Below are positions 26,001 to 38,399 of a DNA stretch of 64,000 nucleotides, in pieces. How positions within the stretch are numbered: the stretch's first letter is position 1; the number at the start of each line of letters is the position of its first letter. The notes below the pieces were generated by a model. That model saw nothing but the letters and a program-made list of their open reading frames with translations, did not search any database and was not told the DNA's origin. A program made the translations under genes and the position numbers. The DNA comes from Epiperipatus broadwayi (taxonomy: Eukaryota > Animalia > Onychophora), in contig JAQFVV010000008.1 of NCBI GenBank assembly GCA_028023455.1, forward strand, positions 6,820,001 through 6,884,000. The letters are read 5' to 3'.

Positions 26001-26801
26001 GATTCAATTTCATATGCACAAAATAAGGAAACAACCTCAGATAGCCAGACAAAAAAATCACATCTCATTAAAAGAAATAATCAGATGCTCTAGCAGAACT
26101 AATGGAGGATTTTTCCTCAACAAATTAATCAAATGAAGAAAGACCTGTTGTCACTAACTAGATGTGGGGTTTGTAGAAAACTTGAATGACTAAAGGATTA
26201 TATTTGTAATTAAACCTGTGACCTATTTCTAGAGTGATGGGAAAAGAGGATCATCTATGTTAATATATATTTAAAGTATAAATAAAATTTAGTAAATTTT
26301 TGTAATTAAATACAGACAGTACATGTATAATTGTCATCTTTCATTAGTATTTTCACTTTAAAAAAATTTGAAACAAAAAATCTTTGAATGCTATTAAAAG
26401 ATAATATATGCAAATAAGCTTAGATTATGCAGGAAGGATCGATATAAAACCCTGCAATGATCTACTCAGCGTTGCACTGAAATATTGAATATATAATGTA
26501 GTCATCAGGAGAATGTTGTAATTGAATGGTTATTATGGATTCAATGTGTATACAAGATAAACAAATATCTGTGTAAAAAACCTAATACAGACTAGATTAA
26601 ATTACTGTGCATGTGAATAAGACTAAATGGATTTTAAAGATTACAAAGTAATTTTTAATTGCTACTAATTATTTTATTTATAAAGATTTATTGGCATGTG
26701 AATAAATTTGTACTAAGTTTAATTTGTCCTAACTTTATTTTAATAAAGTTATTGATGCTATCCAGCTGGCGTTGAAAGAATATATTCAGGATGCAGCAAT
26801 A
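23051..26801 (+). mobile_element. Decayed Gypsy (Ty3/Mag-like) LTR retrotransposon with both LTRs
   Basis: Diverged direct repeats at ~23051-23581 and ~26258-26801. PBS-like TGGCTCAG follows the 5' LTR; polypurine GGGAAAAGAGGA precedes the 3' LTR. Remnants include gag (KVATFL, PEDFPYTELKDKL) and pol (ICLCGDYCITLNRYINKRVYPVP, YAKINLKSAFQQIP). No TSD recognised. Confidence 0.85.
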
Positions 26802-27548
26802 TGATGACATAATATAGCCATAGCATTTCCACTTAAGTTAGTAGAATTCAATTTAATAAGCTACCATTTTACAAAAAGGACAAATATTAAATAATTAAAT
26901 CTTACGTACAATATTTGCTTTGCCATATCAATACTATTCCATATAAATTGGCATTTAAAATGTTTTTGCCCATCGTCTCAATCATAATTACCGCACTATA
27001 AAAATATCACTTAGATGTCAGCTTGATAATTAACTATAATTATTTGAAATTACCATTTCTGTTATATAATTTTAACTGCTCTTGTAAATTTTCACCTATT
27101 CAATATAATTGTTTAAATTATTTTGTAATTCACCTTTCTGTAAATATCATGTATTAACAATTATATCTTGGAAATAAAATTAGTTGAAAATAAATTTATA
27201 ATGAATTTATTTTCATATCTGTAAATTGGTCTAATTGTAAATTAAATTTGTAGTGATGTAAATATAAATATGACACACAATTCATAATAAAAGTTTAATA
27301 ACTTGAGCTTATGATCATTTAGATTTGATTCTTAAAATTTTCACTAGCACAGCCATACTTTTTATATATATGAGAGTCAACTGCACATCTAAATTAGCAA
27401 GTCTGCAAACTTTTTTTGTAATAATTTTAAACTATACCATTACTATGCATATTAATACATTTATGTGGAGAATAAATTTAGAAATATATTTGTTTAAAAT
27501 TTACAATAAAAATTAATTGATTTCATATCTAAAAGCTATTTTACTTAC

Positions 27549-27852
27549 TAATTCAATCATTACAAAATCATCAGGAGCAGATGCTACGCTACTGGAAGAT
27601 TTATGAGACTCTGTTTCACTAGTGGCATTACTATTATGATCTGTACTTTCAGAATTATTATTCTGAACCCATTGTCCTGATATTAAATTTTTATTTGAAA
27701 TAGGATTATTATCTTTATCATGTTGCAGTAAGTCAATAAAAGGTACTTCAGTCATTAATATATCAAGGCTGTTCAAATCAAGAGATCGATGAACTGCAAA
27801 AGCTCCTACTTTTTTAAATTCGGAAAAACTTATTTGGCGATCAACAGGAAAC
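27549..27852 (-). CDS. ATG13: ATG13 coding exon carrying the KVGAF motif and the LIR motif
   Basis: TTTGTAG acceptor, GTAAGT donor, 304 nt: FPVDRQISFSEFKKVGAFAVHRSLDLNSLDILMTEVPF...SAPDDFVMIEL. This parallels human RKVGAF...LDIPF and THDDFVMIDF. Phases match both neighbouring exons. Confidence 0.95.
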
Positions 27853-28127
27853 CTACAAAGAGATTATAAAATTATTAATAAAGAATATACATTTTTAAAA
27901 TGATTTAAACAACTGATTTAATTTGAAAGTAGATGCAGTTCAATTTCATTATAAATTATATTTCACTATTAATGCCTATTATTTTGACACTGATTGTCTA
28001 CTATGTATATATATATAAGAATATATGGGCAGTTGAGAATCAACAAAAATTTATAATGTTTACTGAAAATGGATTACAGGTACTTTTATTTAATCAAAAC
28101 ATATTCTTTCCATGTGTATATATATAA

Positions 28128-29140
28128 CAATAAAACTAATAAATATAACAGTAATTTACTATTACATACAGTCTTTCAATCCGCAGAAGTACTTTCGGTC
28201 AATTCCTTAACCCTCCTCAACTGCCGTTAAATTTAAAAAAAAAAAAAGAAAGCAAACATCACCAACTCAAATCCCAAATTTTAATGTTAGCAGCTTGTCT
28301 ATTAATTATATTCATTTTATTTCTATTTATTAAAATTTCTTTCTTAATTTTTCTTTTATTATGATTTCTCTCTTCATGAAAAATCTTAACAATTTCAATA
28401 TCAAACTTAAATTTATATTTACATGTCCTTTCATGATCCAAGAAAACTGAAGCAATCATTAAATCATTATTATTTTTATTTTTCACACGCTTGTATAACA
28501 ATTCATGCTTCTATAATCTTTTTTCAATACTACACCTCGATTCACCTATATATAACATACATCCACAAAAAATTTGATACACATTACTTTTCTGCTTGAC
28601 AGGTATGACATTTTTAGAATTATTCATTAATTTATTAACATTATTTGTAACACAAAATGAAACATTAAACACATACTCATATATATCCTTAAAAAATTTC
28701 ACTTGAGCATTTGAAATATATGGAATAGATATCCATTTTTACTATCAATCTTCAACTCCTTTAAATCATTATAACTCTTTTTAAATTGGCATAAAGTATT
28801 TATAAATCTGTTCAATCTTATAACCAACTTCAATCAATTTCTTGGCAAATATCTAAATATTTTTTTAATTTATCACATTGGTAAAAACATAATTTTTCAT
28901 TACAAAACAAAAAAGATCTAAAACGTATCATTTTATGCATAAGTGACACTTTTGATTTATGATTTATATCCCATTTTTTCAATGGTTATTTATTAATTTA
29001 TATCTTAACATGTTATTATCTCTTGTAATATTAAATCCAAATACTTGATAATTTTGTCCTGTTCTTTTTCAATAGACCTTTTCAAGCCATTCAAATTATT
29101 TAACTCCTCTATTAGCAAATTTATAGCATTGGCAAATCAA
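28128..29140 (-). mobile_element. Penelope-like element 3' fragment (GIY-YIG endonuclease pseudogene plus hammerhead-like motif)
   Basis: ORF fragments VYQIFCGCMLYIGESRCSIEKRL and KIFHEERNHNKRKIKKEILI fit the Penelope GIY-YIG domain. Hammerhead-like motif at 28181-28226. Confidence 0.85.
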
Positions 29141-29149
29141 AAGTACCAA

Positions 29150-29946
29150 TTATATATAAAATGGCAAGTTTTAGATCTTTTTTGTTTCATATGAAAAATT
29201 ATGTCATTACCCATGTAATAAATTAAAAAATATTGAGATATTTGCCAAGGAAGTGTTGGTTATAAGATTGAACAGATTAACAATACTTTATGTTAGTTTA
29301 AAAAGTTATAATGATTTAAAGGAGTTGAAGATTAATAGTAAAAAATGAACCTCTATTCTATATATTTCAAATAGTCAAGTGAAATTTTTTAAGGATATAT
29401 ATAAGGATGTGTCTGTTTCATTTTGTGTTACAAATAATATTAATAAATTAGAGAGTAATTCTAAAAATGTCATACCTGTCAAGCAGAAAAGTAATGTTGT
29501 GCATCAAATTGTTTGTGGATATATGTTATCGTATATAGGTGAATTGAGGTCCAGTATTGAAAAAAAATTAAAGGAGCATGAATTGTTATACAAGCGAGTG
29601 AAAAGTAAAAATAATAATGATTTAATGACAGCTATATAAACATAAATTTAAGTTTGATATTGAAAGTGTTAAGATTCTTCATGAAGAGAGAACCCATAAT
29701 AAAAGAAAAATTAAAGAAGCAATTTTAATAAATAGAAATAAAATGAATATAATTAATAGACAAGCTGCTAAAGTTAAAATTCGGGACTCATGGGATTTGA
29801 GTTGATGATGCTTGCTTCCATTTTGTTTTTGTTTTTTAAATTTAACAGCAGTTGAGGAGGGTTAAGGAATTAACTGAAAGTACTTCTGTGGAGTGAAAAA
29901 CTGTATATAATAGTTAATTACCATTATATTTATTAGTGTTATTTTT
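29150..29946 (+). mobile_element. Second, inverted Penelope-like fragment, head-to-head with the first
   Basis: ORF 29379-29639 (VHQIVCGYMLSYIGELRSSIEKKLKEH) mirrors 28511-28702. Hammerhead-like motif at 29846-29891. Confidence 0.85.
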
Positions 29947-30023
29947 ATTACAATAGATTTTTAATTAACGACTTTTTATTTGTATTATATATATAAGGAA
30001 AATGATTTAAATTTTTTTCCCTG

Positions 30024-30745
30024 CTATTTATAATTTATAGATAAATTCTGGATAATTGAAAACCATCTAATGATATCCTAAATATTTTAAAAAGAAATTT
30101 CTTTACATCAAAAAGAGATATAATGATTAATAATAGAAACAATAGAATTCACCTATATAATTCAACACAAGTGAACATTATGTAAATATATGAACATGTG
30201 AAAAGTTAAAAAACAATACACATTGTATTTAAGAATTAATTCATCACTTAATAAGAATGACTCTAAAAAATTTTATTTTGATCAGAAATAAAAGTCAGGA
30301 GTCATAAATGATGATGTGATCTTGTAAGACAGCAGTTCCCAACTTGTGGTACATGTATTCCTGGAAATACACAGTGTTTTCTCACTATTTATAATTTATA
30401 GCTAAATTCTGGATAGTTGAAATCCACCTAATGACATCCAAGATATTTTAAAAAGAAATTTGTTTACATCAAGAAAATATATAATGATTAATAAATAAAT
30501 GTAAGAAACAATAAAATTCATCGAAGTAATTTGATAAAAATCAACAGTATGTAAATATATAAACATATGAAAAGTTAAGAAACAATACACATTCTATTTA
30601 AGAATTAATTCATCACTTAAAAAGAATGATTCTAAAATTCTTTATTTTGATCAGAAATAAAACTCAGAAATCATAAATAATGATTTGATCTTATGTTTCC
30701 CAACCTGTGGTATGCATATCCCCGAAGGTACACAGTGGATCGGTT
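30024..30745 (+). repeat. Old ~360-bp tandem duplication that includes the left end of the adjacent hAT element
   Basis: CTATTTATAATTTATAG starts copies at 30024 and 30385. Both copies end in hAT left-end sequence TTCCCAAC(T/C)TGTGGTA...TACACAGTG. Confidence 0.8.
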
Positions 30746-32994
30746 GGGGGTACATGAAAATAATATTTGAATGATATTGTTTTGTGCCTCAAAATGGATA
30801 AGAGGTTGAAAACTGGAACTCTCTAAGAGAGCTGCAGTTAGTATTGAAATTCAGCCTGCTGAGTTGGCAATTGCAAGTTCTTCGAAGCAGTCTGATGATT
30901 TACAAACCCAAGGGTATCAAAGTGCAACAATTGATAGGTTTATTATTGCAAGAGATAAAGTTAACACTATTAAAAATCTCAAAACATCAGTGCTCCACTA
31001 AAGAAAAAAAAATATTCTGTTGAATATTTGGGATATGAATTTTCATTCATGGATGATGAAGACCATCTGAGACCAATCTATGTTGTTTTTGGGGAGATAT
31101 TATCTAACAGTAATATAAAACCATCTTTATTGATGCATCATTTGGAGACAAATTATCCAATTTATAAACAAAAATATGTTAGTTACTTCTAGTGACTATC
31201 AAATGACTCTAATCTAATAACTTATTTCTTAACTGAAAACAAAGTCAATGAGAAGGCAGTTGAATCATCATACAGAATAAGTTATCGTACTGCTAAAAGT
31301 GGCAAAAATAATGCAACTGCTGAAAATTTGATATTTCCTTGTATCAGAAATGCTGTTCAATATATATTCGATGAAGACTGTCTGAAAAATATTCCCATCT
31401 CAATAATACAATTTCTTCAAGAATTAAGGACATGTCTGATGACAATGAATCTATATTAACTGAAAGAATAAAACAGTAACTGAAAGAATAAAAAGAAGTC
31501 CCTTCTTTTCAATGCAAGTGGATGAAAGCACTGATATTTCCAATCTGTTAATTTTTCTTGTTTTTCCAAGATATTTAAATGATAACATACTTGAAGAAAA
31601 TCTTTTACTTTGCTATCCACTCACTGAAAGATGTAAAGGTGGGGAAATTTAATGTTATTCAGTGTTATTTCAGTAAAAAAGAAATTGATGCTGTGATGGA
31701 AAATCTATTTCTGATTGTTACACAGGTTTATGAAGTCGCATCAAAGAAATGACTCCCTACATAACTTGGAGTCATTGCTGTAATCACAGAAAAAGCCTAG
31801 CATCCAAACCCCTACAAGATTTTATTGAATGGAGTGCTCAATCAATCTGTCAAAGTTATTAATTGTATTAAAGCCAATTCAGCAAATTTCAGACTATTCA
31901 AATCTTTATGTGAAGAGATTGGACAGTGACAGTACTATATTACTTTTACATACAAAATTGAAGTGGCTTTCATGAGGAAGATTACTCACAAGATTGTTTC
32001 AATTGAGACATGAAATTCAAGTTTTTGTTTGGAGATCATTCTTTTGAGTTGAGCTTTAAGTTTCATGAAAATGAATAGCTTCAATAGCTTGCATATTACC
32101 TGATATTTTTTCAAAAATAAATGAACTAAACTTAGGAATACAGAATAATTCTATAATCATATTTACAGTATCTGACAAAACAGAGTCTATAATCAAGAAA
32201 TTGGATTTTTGGGAATCATAATATCAAAAAAAAAATTCATCTGAAATTTTTGAGACACTTCACAGTCTCTTATCTGAGAATGAGCCGAAATTGTCAAAAT
32301 TAATAAAATTATAATAGCAAATACTTAAAAGGACTTAAGATATCATTCAGATGGTATTTTGCAAAGTGAAATAGTAAAGATAATTGGGTTTTAAATCCAT
32401 TCCATGAATTATTTTTTCAACAAGCTAAAAAATTATTAGTTCTGAATAAAAAAAATTGATTAAAATTTTGAGACTGATTCTTCTTTACAATCTGATTTCA
32501 AAAAAAGAAATGTCATTGATTTCTGGGCAGCAGTGAAAAAAAGAGTACCAGAAACACAGTGATAATCCAATACATTGTTTATTACCTTTCACGAATACAG
32601 AGCTTGTCGAAAGAACATTCTCATCTTATGCATATATTAAGAATAAATGTCGCAATAAACTTGATGCAACTTCTGGTTTGAGGTTATATCTGTCTTCTTT
32701 TGAACCTGATTTTAAAAAACTAGGATCATGAAACAAACTCAAGGATTGCATTAAAATTATTAATAATCATGTTGAATAAATAAAAAATTGAAAAAAGGGT
32801 TAAATATAAAATAAATAAATGTCATTAGGTTAATTTGAGTTGTTTGATTATTTAGCTAATCTAAAAAAGTTGAAAAAAAATCTTTTTTAAGGAATGGATG
32901 GCGGTAATGAAGATAGGGGATACTAATCAATGGTTATGTGATAGGGTAAAACCTAATCAAGGAATATGGAGAAGAAAAATGTTGGGATCCACTG
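30330..32994 (+). mobile_element. Decayed hAT transposon (Charlie/Buster; ZBED5/ZBED8-like transposase pseudogene)
   Basis: Ends CAGCAGTTCCCAAC and GTTGGGATCCACTG. Broken frames from 30794: EILSNSNIKPSLLMHHLET, FSMQVDESTDISNL, CLLPFTNTELVERTFSSYAYIKNKCRNKLD. Confidence 0.85.
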
Positions 32995-33575
32995 TTTGTA
33001 AAATATAAAGGAGTTGGATTCCAAATGTAATGGAAAACATTTGTTAATATAATATGATTTATCAAAAGTACTTCATAAATCATCTTAGATAACAGACAAT
33101 ATACTAAGAATTTATTCATCAGACAATAATACCATGTCATGAAAAGATAATGATTTTCTCTTGTAGCAATAATATAAATAAACTCTCCATATAGTAGTTA
33201 CCTGTTATGTGCTAGCATGAGATGGTGATCATGTGATAAATAAACTCTAATTACAATCCAAGACATATTACAAAGACTTGGAATAAGCAGGTAAATCACC
33301 ATTTATGCATAGCATATATTTGAAGGTCTTCGTGGATATAAGATGTAAATGATACAATTTTTGCATTAGATTTTGAGTTGAAGGATTTAATTGTATTATC
33401 ATCTGGTAGCCATTAATAACTAAAGTTTATAATAGATGGTACTATATTAAAGCTAGAAATAATCTTGTTAATATATCATTACATTTTGAAAATCAGTGCT
33501 ATGTTGGTACCATCATTATTAACTTTAAAAAAAAAAACCTAATTTGAATATATGTGGATTTATGCACATATATAG

Positions 33576-34167
33576 TGTAACGATATATAAATATGTCGTT
33601 ACATTAATTTAAAATAAAAACTTAAAAGTTCGCAAATAAAAGTAAAAAACTAAACGCTAAAATTAAAATGTTTGTTAAACGTATATACATTCGCATAGAT
33701 GCCAAACTTTAAAATTTTTTTTTTTAAAAAACAAATAAATAAGTATTTGAACAATAAAAAAAAGTACAAGATTTAAAAATAAAAACAGGTATTAATTAAT
33801 TCTTGTAATCTGTAAATGGAAATGATTGTTTATAAATTGTTTGAAAAGCAAGCTAGCCTGGAGCTCTTGTATAATTAAAATGATCTGATGAAAGATAGAT
33901 AAGAAAATAAAGAGAAATTAGCTTGACCAATGGAAGCACTAAGCCTTGGCTCGGACCCTAACGAAAGTGATGGATTAGTGACGTTTTGTTGATTGAATCC
34001 GTGTGGATAATATAAAAAGGGAAATACAGTTTTTTCTGGAGTTCCAGCGTTGTGTGTTTGAGAGATGTGGTAGGACGCACATACCACACTCTCTATTTAA
34101 AAAAGAAAAATGAAAAGACTGTGATACCTTGAACCAGCTATTGCCATCTCCAGAACATTATCTTCCA
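33576..34167 (+). promoter_or_regulatory. LTR-like segment of the left arm (mirrored at 36368-36962 on minus)
   Basis: TG...CA boundaries, CCAAT near 33927, TATAAAA at 34011 and CAGT at 34027; it ends one base before the PBS-like motif. The LTR boundary is inferred from the PBS position. Confidence 0.6.
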
Positions 34168-34168
34168 A

Positions 34169-34187
34169 TGGAGGCGTCGCGGGAATT
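34169..34187 (+). other. tRNA primer-binding-site-like motif, probably tRNA-Thr (mirrored at 36348-36366)
   Basis: TGGAGGCG(T/C)CGCGGGAATT directly after ...CA-A. The right-arm copy matches 16/19 to the reverse complement of the metazoan tRNA-Thr(AGU) 3' end as recalled from memory (TGGAGGCACCGCTGGGATT). Confidence 0.7.
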
Positions 34188-37100
34188 AAAAGCAGAAACT
34201 TGGACTCTTCTACCGTGAGCTATGAACTTTACAAATTAACAACAACAAAAAAAAGTAATTAAGAACTTTCGTCATTGTTTTTTTTAAAGATTCAGCTAAT
34301 TTAAATTTTAAAATGAACTCTTATTTGATTTTCAAATTAATATTTGATTGTTTAAATTTATATAGTTAAGTTTTGCTAAAATCATTTCCATTTTATTATT
34401 TTTATTTGTAGTAATATTTATTGTAGAAGTTATTAAATGCATTACATTTAAGTTGGGTATAGACGTTGCATAGATTCGTTAGCGGTTGATTATGTTGTGG
34501 TTTTCACAGTCGATTGGAATATATAAGTCAACGATATCACTGCGGTGTCTTATGATGAACACCAAAGGGTCTCCTGTATTCCCTCAGCAATTGACGTTAT
34601 CGATTGACTTTGTATTTTGATCGGTTGTGTTTAATTTGGAATGTTTTTGACCGTGGAATCTGTGCAGCCGATCTATACTCGACATTATAAAACAAATTGT
34701 ATAAAAATAATCTGTGCGAACATATTTAAATGTTAAATTTAAGTCGGGCAAGAATGGCTATATAGTTTTGTAAAGTTATATTAAGGGAGGGTAATCTTAG
34801 GTTATTCATTTCGTAGTTGAATTGGTTCAATGGATTGGATATATTTGTGTAATTGTAGATGTAGTATGAGATCCGCTACGGGCAGGATTATATATATACG
34901 CCACACACCTTCTGTTTGCCTATGGATGGGTTTGTAAGACGGCAAAGGACAGTGAGGATCGAATCTAACCGCAAACTACGATATCTGCTCTACAAGGCGC
35001 CATCTAGGCATTTAAACCTAGAAAAATTTATAGAGTAGGCAGATACGCGCTGTTAAGATTCCACTTTATTTAAATATTCAGATCGTTAGCCCAAGTCACT
35101 AGCTCAGTGGAGTAGCAGAGAAAATAAAATATAAATTTTATATCTTAAATATAAAAGAATAAAAGCCACTGCCAGAAATTAACACATAAAAATATTTATT
35201 TACGCACATATAAAATAACATTTAAATTTTGAGGAATAAATTCAACATTTTAGATTTTTCTATTAATCTTTAGTTTTACATTTAAGTAAATTACAACCAT
35301 GAGTTTAATATTTATTTAGATAGTCGAGTATGAATAGACTACATAGATCTGCATTTGAAAAGAAAATATTCTTCCCTGATTTAACCTTAGGCAACAAATT
35401 TCGCAATCAAACCGGCGCCAATCCATCTGATACATTTATGTATTCAATGTAGCATGAAAATACGACAACACAAAATACTATCCTGTTAGGAATGTACATC
35501 TGATCAGTAAGTAGAATTAGAGAAGACATTGTCTCTCCACCAACAGGAATGTCACATCTGTTGGCAAGTAGAACAATAAACATAAAACTCCATAGGAATG
35601 GACTGCGGTCCTTTGCCGTCTTACAAACCTATCCATAGGCAAACAGAAGGTGTGTGGCGTATATATATAATCCTGCCCGTAGCGGATCTCATACTACATC
35701 TACAATTACACAAATATATCCAATCCATTGAACCAATTCAACTACGAAATGAATAACCTAAGATTACCCTCCCTTAATATAACTTTACAAAACTATATAG
35801 CCATTCACGCCCGACTTAAATTTAACATTTAAATACGTTCGCACAGATTATTTTTATACAATTTGTTTTATAATGTCGAGTATAGATCGGCTGCACAGAT
35901 TCCACGGTCAAAAACATTCCAAATTAAACACAAATAACGTCAATTGCTGAGGGAATACAGGAGACCCTTTGGTGTTAATCATAAGACACCGCAGTGATAT
36001 CGTTGACTTATATATTCCAATCGACTGTGAAAACCACAACATAATCAACCGCTAACGAATCTATGCAACGTCTATACCCAACTTAAATGTAATGCATTTA
36101 ATAACTTCTACAATAAATATTACTACAAATAAAAATAATAAAATGGAAATGATTTTAGCAAAACTTAACTATATAAATTTAAACAATCAAATATTAATTT
36201 GAAAATCAAATAAGAGTTCATTTTAAAATTTAAATTAGCTGAATCTTTAAAAAAAAACAATGACGAAAGTTCTTAATTACTTTTTTTTGTTGTTGTTAAT
36301 TTGTAAAGTTCATAGCTCACGGTAAAAGAGTCCAGGTTTCTGCTTTTAATTCCCGCGGCGCCTCCATTGGAAGATAATGTTCTGGAGATGGCAATAGCTG
36401 GTTCAAGGTATCACAGTCTTTTCATGTTTCTTTTTTAAATAGAGTGTGGTATGTGCGTCCTACCACATCTCTCAAACACACAACGCTGGAACTCCAGAAA
36501 AAACTGTATTTCCCTTTTTATATTATACACATGGATTCAATCAACAAAACGTCACTAATCCATCACTTTCGTTAGGGTCCGAGCCAAGGCTTAGTGCTTC
36601 CATTGGTCAAGCTAATTTCTCTTTATTTTCTTATCTATCTTTCATCAGATCATTTTAATTATACAAGAGCCCCAGGCTAGCTTGCTTTTCAAACAATTTA
36701 TAAACAATCATTTCCATTTACAGATTACAAGAATTAATTAATACCTGTTTTTATTTTTAAATCTTGTACTTTTTTTTATAAAAAAGTACGTTCAAATACT
36801 TATTTGTTTTTTAAAAAAAAAATTTTTAAAGTTTGGCATCTGTGCGAATGTATATACGTTTAACAAACATTTTAATTTTAGCGTTTAGTTTTTTACTTTT
36901 ATTTGCGAACTTTTAAGTTTTTATTTTAAATTAATGTAACGACATATTTATATATCGTTACAATAGATATTCTCCTTTATTATTTTACTAATGTTCGACT
37001 GATAATCAAATTGATGTTAATTAAAAAAATGTAAGCAATTGTGAACTCTTAAAAAAAAAACATAAATCAATGCAGTAACACATTGTGTGGGCTGATATTA

Positions 37101-37773
37101 ATAACAATTTAAAATACTGTATCAATTTTTTTATTTTTTAATCTTTGAATATTATATAATTAAAATGTTATTTATATGGGACAATTTTAAACAAAAAAAT
37201 TATTGAAAATATAATTTGATAACATTGCTCAAGACATTTACCATGGCAAAAAAAATAAAGGAAGGCAATAGAAAAAGGAAGAAAAAAATGAGGAAAAGAA
37301 AGAGAGCTAATTTGACTTCAAATGTTTTGCAAGTTTTTTCTTTTTTTTATGGTTGTGAACTTAACCATTTGATATAAATGTTATAAGTATATTCAAAAAT
37401 ATCCTAAAACAAATCCTTTCAACCTCAGTCTTTCAAAAAGAAAGAAATATAAAATAATTTATATTATGAAACATCACAAATAAGACTGCTATAAAAAATA
37501 AGTGGGAAATTGAACAAAAGCAAAAATTGAATTTCATAAATTGATTATCTTTTAAATAATAAATATTTTGTTATAATTGTTCAGCTAATAAAAAAATTAC
37601 TAGTAATTTAAAGAGAACAATAATAGCAGCATCATCATCTTACTTGCTTTAATTAAAATATAATAAATTTAACTTTAAATGAATCACAACTGGCAAGTCT
37701 TAATTATCTTAACACTAGTAATTGGTGTTTTTACTGCCATATGTCAAACTATAAATATTAAACTTTTACTAAC

Positions 37774-37914
37774 AGATCTTCTTTAACATGTTGTTTATCA
37801 TGATGAACGTGATTGAAGGTATGAGGTTCTGCTGCTGGTGAAGTGGAAAAAGTAGTATTGCACATATCCTGTGAATCTTCACAAGCTGCTGCAATTTCAT
37901 CCACCACACTTGTT
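37774..37914 (-). CDS. ATG13: ATG13 coding exon
   Basis: TTTTCAG acceptor, GTTAGT donor, 141 nt: TSVVDEIAAACEDSQDMCNTTFSTSPAAEPHTFNHVHHDKQHVKEDL. This parallels human VEDSQEVCTTSFSTSPP. Phases match. Missed by the ORF track. Confidence 0.92.
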
Positions 37915-38399
37915 CTGAAAATAAAGAAATAAAATATATGAAGTATTATCTATAAAAAATATTTTAATAGTTCTTAAGTTCCATGCCAAAACTATTGTAA
38001 ATTAAACTATTTAAATAAAAATTTGGGATATATACTTCCACAACACAGAAATTTTAAGTAGAATTGCAAAAAAAGAATAATTACTATTAAATGGGACTCT
38101 ATTCCTCTCTGAAGCCACAATGAAACCAAGTAGTTTCCTAATGATAACTCCATTAAGTTCTTGTCTGTGAGATATTATTACATTGTGATCATTCACATAT
38201 AAATAAATGTAAACAGCCTTCTCTCCAAACATGAATCATATATAATATTGAATTTAATGATTTAACATCTCAGTTTAAAACTAAAAAAATATTACTATCT
38301 CTTTTTAGATGCCTGATACTTCCTAAAAAAAAGATATAGGTTGCATTTTCTTGAAGGCAGGATATAAATATATATCTGTGTAAATACTCATTTTATTTT

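Larger units (their letters stand above)
33576..36962. mobile_element. Palindromic LTR-derived element with ~1.36-kb inverted arms and 4-bp TSD
   Basis: Arms 33576-34950 and 35608-36962 are near-identical reverse complements around a 657-bp spacer. Ends are TGT...ACA. ATAG lies at 33572-33575 and 36963-36966. No transposase or pol ORF. Confidence 0.9.

Noticed and set aside
33885-33920. CTGATGA...GAAA in the LTR-like arm as a hammerhead
   Set aside because: No stem II or stem I can form between or around the motifs.
33875-36658. Duplicated 70-aa ORFs (MVCASYHISQ...) at 33875-34087 and 36446-36658
   Set aside because: They are antisense to the LTR-like arms, start at a non-ATG codon and resemble no known family. 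The duplication follows from the inverted repeat.
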